Assembly: GCA_030601885.1 (NCBI GenBank)
Contig: JAUWAU010000022.1
Span: forward strand, 6,175-70,174
DNA from: Armatimonadota bacterium
Lineage (GTDB): Bacteria; Armatimonadota; Zipacnadia; JAUWAU01
Direction of reading: 5' to 3'
Length of the DNA: 64,000 bases
Each line of letters opens with the position of its first letter. Position 1 is the stretch's first letter. The notes under the pieces were generated by a model, which did not search any database, was not told where the DNA came from, and saw only the letters and a program-made list of their open reading frames with translations. The position numbers and the translations under genes are program-made. This document shows, piece by piece, positions 61,845-64,000 of this stretch.

Positions 61845-64000
61845 ATGGGTGGTCAGTTCAAGCGCCTCTGCATCGCACTCATAGTGTCGCTTGCCTTACT
61901 TCCCGTCTTCAGCGTCGCACGCCCCAAAGGCGTCATCATGCCCGGGGGGCTGGACCGCACCAGCTACAGCGGCTATCTGCAGGTACCCGGGGCCTGGCAC
62001 CCGCCAATCCGGCCGAGCATAGGCCGGCGCGTGCCCCTGGACCGCAGTATGCTCCCGCATATCTTCGATCAACTGCGGTCGGATTTGGCCCGCTCGCGTC
62101 AGGGCCCCCGGCCCGACACCAATCTGACGCCGTCGGCGACTCTGTCGGACGAGCTTCAACCGACGTGGGCGCCGGACCCAGCTCTGGAGCGCGTCGCCTT
62201 CGTCAGCAATGGGGTGGACGAGGACGGCTTCCCCGGCATCGACCCGGGCGTCACCACGCCGGACGGGACGTACAACATCTGGCTGATGCGGCCTGACGGC
62301 TCGCAGCCGTACCGCCTGACGATGGACGATGGCGCCAATGAGGTGGGCCCGGCGTTTGACACCGGCTCGCGCCTCGTCGCCTTCGCCTCCGACAAGACGG
62401 GCACCTACGAGATCTACACCATCGACGTCGCCTCGCGCGTGGTGAACCAGATCACCACCAGCCTGGTCGTGGCGGGCAACAAGCGCCACCCCACGTGGTC
62501 CGCCGATAGATCCATCATCGCCTTCCAGCTCGAGCGCTCCCCGGGCAATTGGGACATCTACACGATCGCGTCTAGCGGCATCGGCCAGCCGCAGCCGCTC
62601 ATAACGGACCCGACGAACGATGTGGACCCGGCATTCCACCCCAGCGATGCGAACGTTCTCGCCTACACCTCCGAGCGCAGCGGCGCCAAGAACATCTACC
62701 TGTACAACCGCGGCGCCATGACGGACGAGCAGCTCACCAACGGCGGCGGCGATCCGTCGGTCAACGACAAGGATCCGGCGTGGCGGGCCACGGGCGACAT
62801 GCTCGCCTTCGCCTCGGATCGGCAGCAGGCGCCCGGGGATGCGACCACGGAGTACAACATCTGGACGATGGCGCGCGTGGGGGAGTTGGTCGGCCCGCCG
62901 CCACTGCTGAAGAGCAACGCGGACGTGGGGGACACGGAGGGCGACGAGGAGCCCGCCTGGTCGCCGTTCGACATTGGCACACCCCCGCCAGGCGGCGGCA
63001 AGCCGCAGATACAGATCGTGTTCCAGTCCAGGCGACCCGGCGGGCAGGCCGTGAACGATGCCGACATCTGGTCGGTGTATCAATTCGACATCGTCCCGCC
63101 CATCATATTGGGGATGGACAGCGGTGAAGCCATGGTGGCTGAGCCGCGCCTGGCTTCTGCGGGCCAGACCGTCACGATCTCAGTGGCGTTGGACGATCTT
63201 GAAACTGGCGTCCGAGGCGCCGTGTGCCAGATCAAAGACCCCGATGGGCCGCTGACGGACGCTCAGGGGCTGGACCATCACCTGTATTTGGTGTATCCGG
63301 GGTCCCCCCTGGGTGGCACCGGGGGCACAGCGTGGGTGGAGTACGACTTCGAGACGATTGCCACAGTGCCACTGCGCAATGATGGTGTGCCGCCGGATGT
63401 GGATGCCAGCGACAAGGTATGGACCGCGGAGTTCCCCACGCCGGCGGTCCCCAGCGACTATATCATTGACGTCGTCACTGTGGACGAAGTGGGCAACACG
63501 TTCGAGTACGACAATATCTACGGCTTCAGCACCCAAATCTTCAATCCGCAGACTCACGTGCTCCTGGTTGATGACCACATGTCGTCTCAGAGGTTCCCAT
63601 CCCTCCCATGGAGCCTCCACTTCTTCTTCGTCTGGCCCTCCGCCACCTACTACGAGTGGAACTGGGGCGGGTACGACCCAACGACCTTAATGCCGGAATT
63701 ACCCGGTATATGGGTCCACGACTTCGGGACGTACGGAGGCGAGACCGCCTATCCGTGGGTCCTGAACTATAACTACTGGCCGGAGCACATCGATGTGTGG
63801 CGCATTCAGTGCCGCGGGCCCATTCCCAGGCACGTTGTGGACTACTACGGCCCGACGACCGAGGTACAGGTCCAGCCCGGCGACTTCACCCAGCCGCGCG
63901 CGGTCATCGTGAGTGACAAGTGCATCTGGTGGGGAGCGCCTAACGCCGGGAATGTCTACGCGACGCGCGGAGCTATCACTGACGCCGACACGCAGGCCGA
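61845..64000 (+). CDS. Secreted TolB-like PD40/WD40 beta-propeller repeat protein with a large C-terminal extension (partial; runs off the window)
   Basis: ATG at 61845 follows GGAAGGGAG. Signal peptide MGGQFKRLCIALIVSLALLPVFSVA. PD40-type repeats are PAFDTGSRLVAFASDKTGTYEIY, PTWSADRSIIAF, PAFHPSDANVLAYTSERSGAKNIYL and PAWRATGDMLAFASDR. The frame stays open to 64000, so it is missing from the ORF track. Confidence 0.7.
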   Translation, partial: MGGQFKRLCIALIVSLALLPVFSVARPKGVIMPGGLDRTSYSGYLQVPGAWHPPIRPSIGRRVPLDRSMLPHIFDQLRSDLARSRQGPRPDTNLTPSATLSDELQPTWAPDPALERVAFVSNGVDEDGFPGIDPGVTTPDGTYNIWLMRPDGSQPYRLTMDDGANEVGPAFDTGSRLVAFASDKTGTYEIYTIDVASRVVNQITTSLVVAGNKRHPTWSADRSIIAFQLERSPGNWDIYTIASSGIGQPQPLITDPTNDVDPAFHPSDANVLAYTSERSGAKNIYLYNRGAMTDEQLTNGGGDPSVNDKDPAWRATGDMLAFASDRQQAPGDATTEYNIWTMARVGELVGPPPLLKSNADVGDTEGDEEPAWSPFDIGTPPPGGGKPQIQIVFQSRRPGGQAVNDADIWSVYQFDIVPPIILGMDSGEAMVAEPRLASAGQTVTISVALDDLETGVRGAVCQIKDPDGPLTDAQGLDHHLYLVYPGSPLGGTGGTAWVEYDFETIATVPLRNDGVPPDVDASDKVWTAEFPTPAVPSDYIIDVVTVDEVGNTFEYDNIYGFSTQIFNPQTHVLLVDDHMSSQRFPSLPWSLHFFFVWPSATYYEWNWGGYDPTTLMPELPGIWVHDFGTYGGETAYPWVLNYNYWPEHIDVWRIQCRGPIPRHVVDYYGPTTEVQVQPGDFTQPRAVIVSDKCIWWGAPNAGNVYATRGAITDADTQA

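Noticed and set aside
61896-63083. 395-aa minus-strand ORF
   Set aside because: It is antisense to the open-ended TolB-like PD40-repeat gene, which has a signal peptide, an RBS and repeat motifs.

Overview
High-GC (roughly 60-67% by eye) bacterial chromosomal segment. The gene content is typical of a polysaccharide-degrading, PVC/Planctomycetota-like or similar environmental bacterium, but taxonomy cannot be proven from the sequence alone. About 50 protein genes and one tRNA-Leu(CAA) are supportable.

Ordinary content:
- a sulfatase / beta-helix / glycosidase cluster (1-16 kb)
- an exopolysaccharide-type cluster (25-31 kb: pyruvyl transferase, DUF1080, DegT aminotransferase, GT2)
- an ECF sigma / anti-sigma / RseB-LolA-like module with a lone flgM (31-34 kb)
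- a housekeeping block (46-61 kb: CNNM transporters, M48 protease, pheA, accD-accA, tRNA-Leu, sppA, polA, rpsA, coaE)

Most interesting content:
1. A defence-type island at about 16.2-25.3 kb. It holds a PARIS/AbiL-like ABC-ATPase + TOPRIM pair. It also holds an effector-less P-loop NTPase-TPR (STAND-like) gene and a separate TIR-domain gene. These two are split by a decayed REP-associated tyrosine transposase (RAYT) remnant and flanked by REP/REPIN-like inverted repeats.
2. A translationally coupled three-gene TerB-N/TerB-C + DUF2791-like ATPase + Lhr-like helicase cassette at 40.1-46.3 kb (Shango-type). Its first gene is broken by a frameshift inside a G10 homopolymer, so it is either a phase-variable switch or a sequencing error.
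3. A tightly coupled Clp1-like P-loop kinase + histidine phosphatase + CobO-like operon at 35.5-37.8 kb.

Many very long ORFs in the track are antisense or shadow ORFs typical of high-GC DNA and were rejected. No CRISPR array or rRNA was seen.
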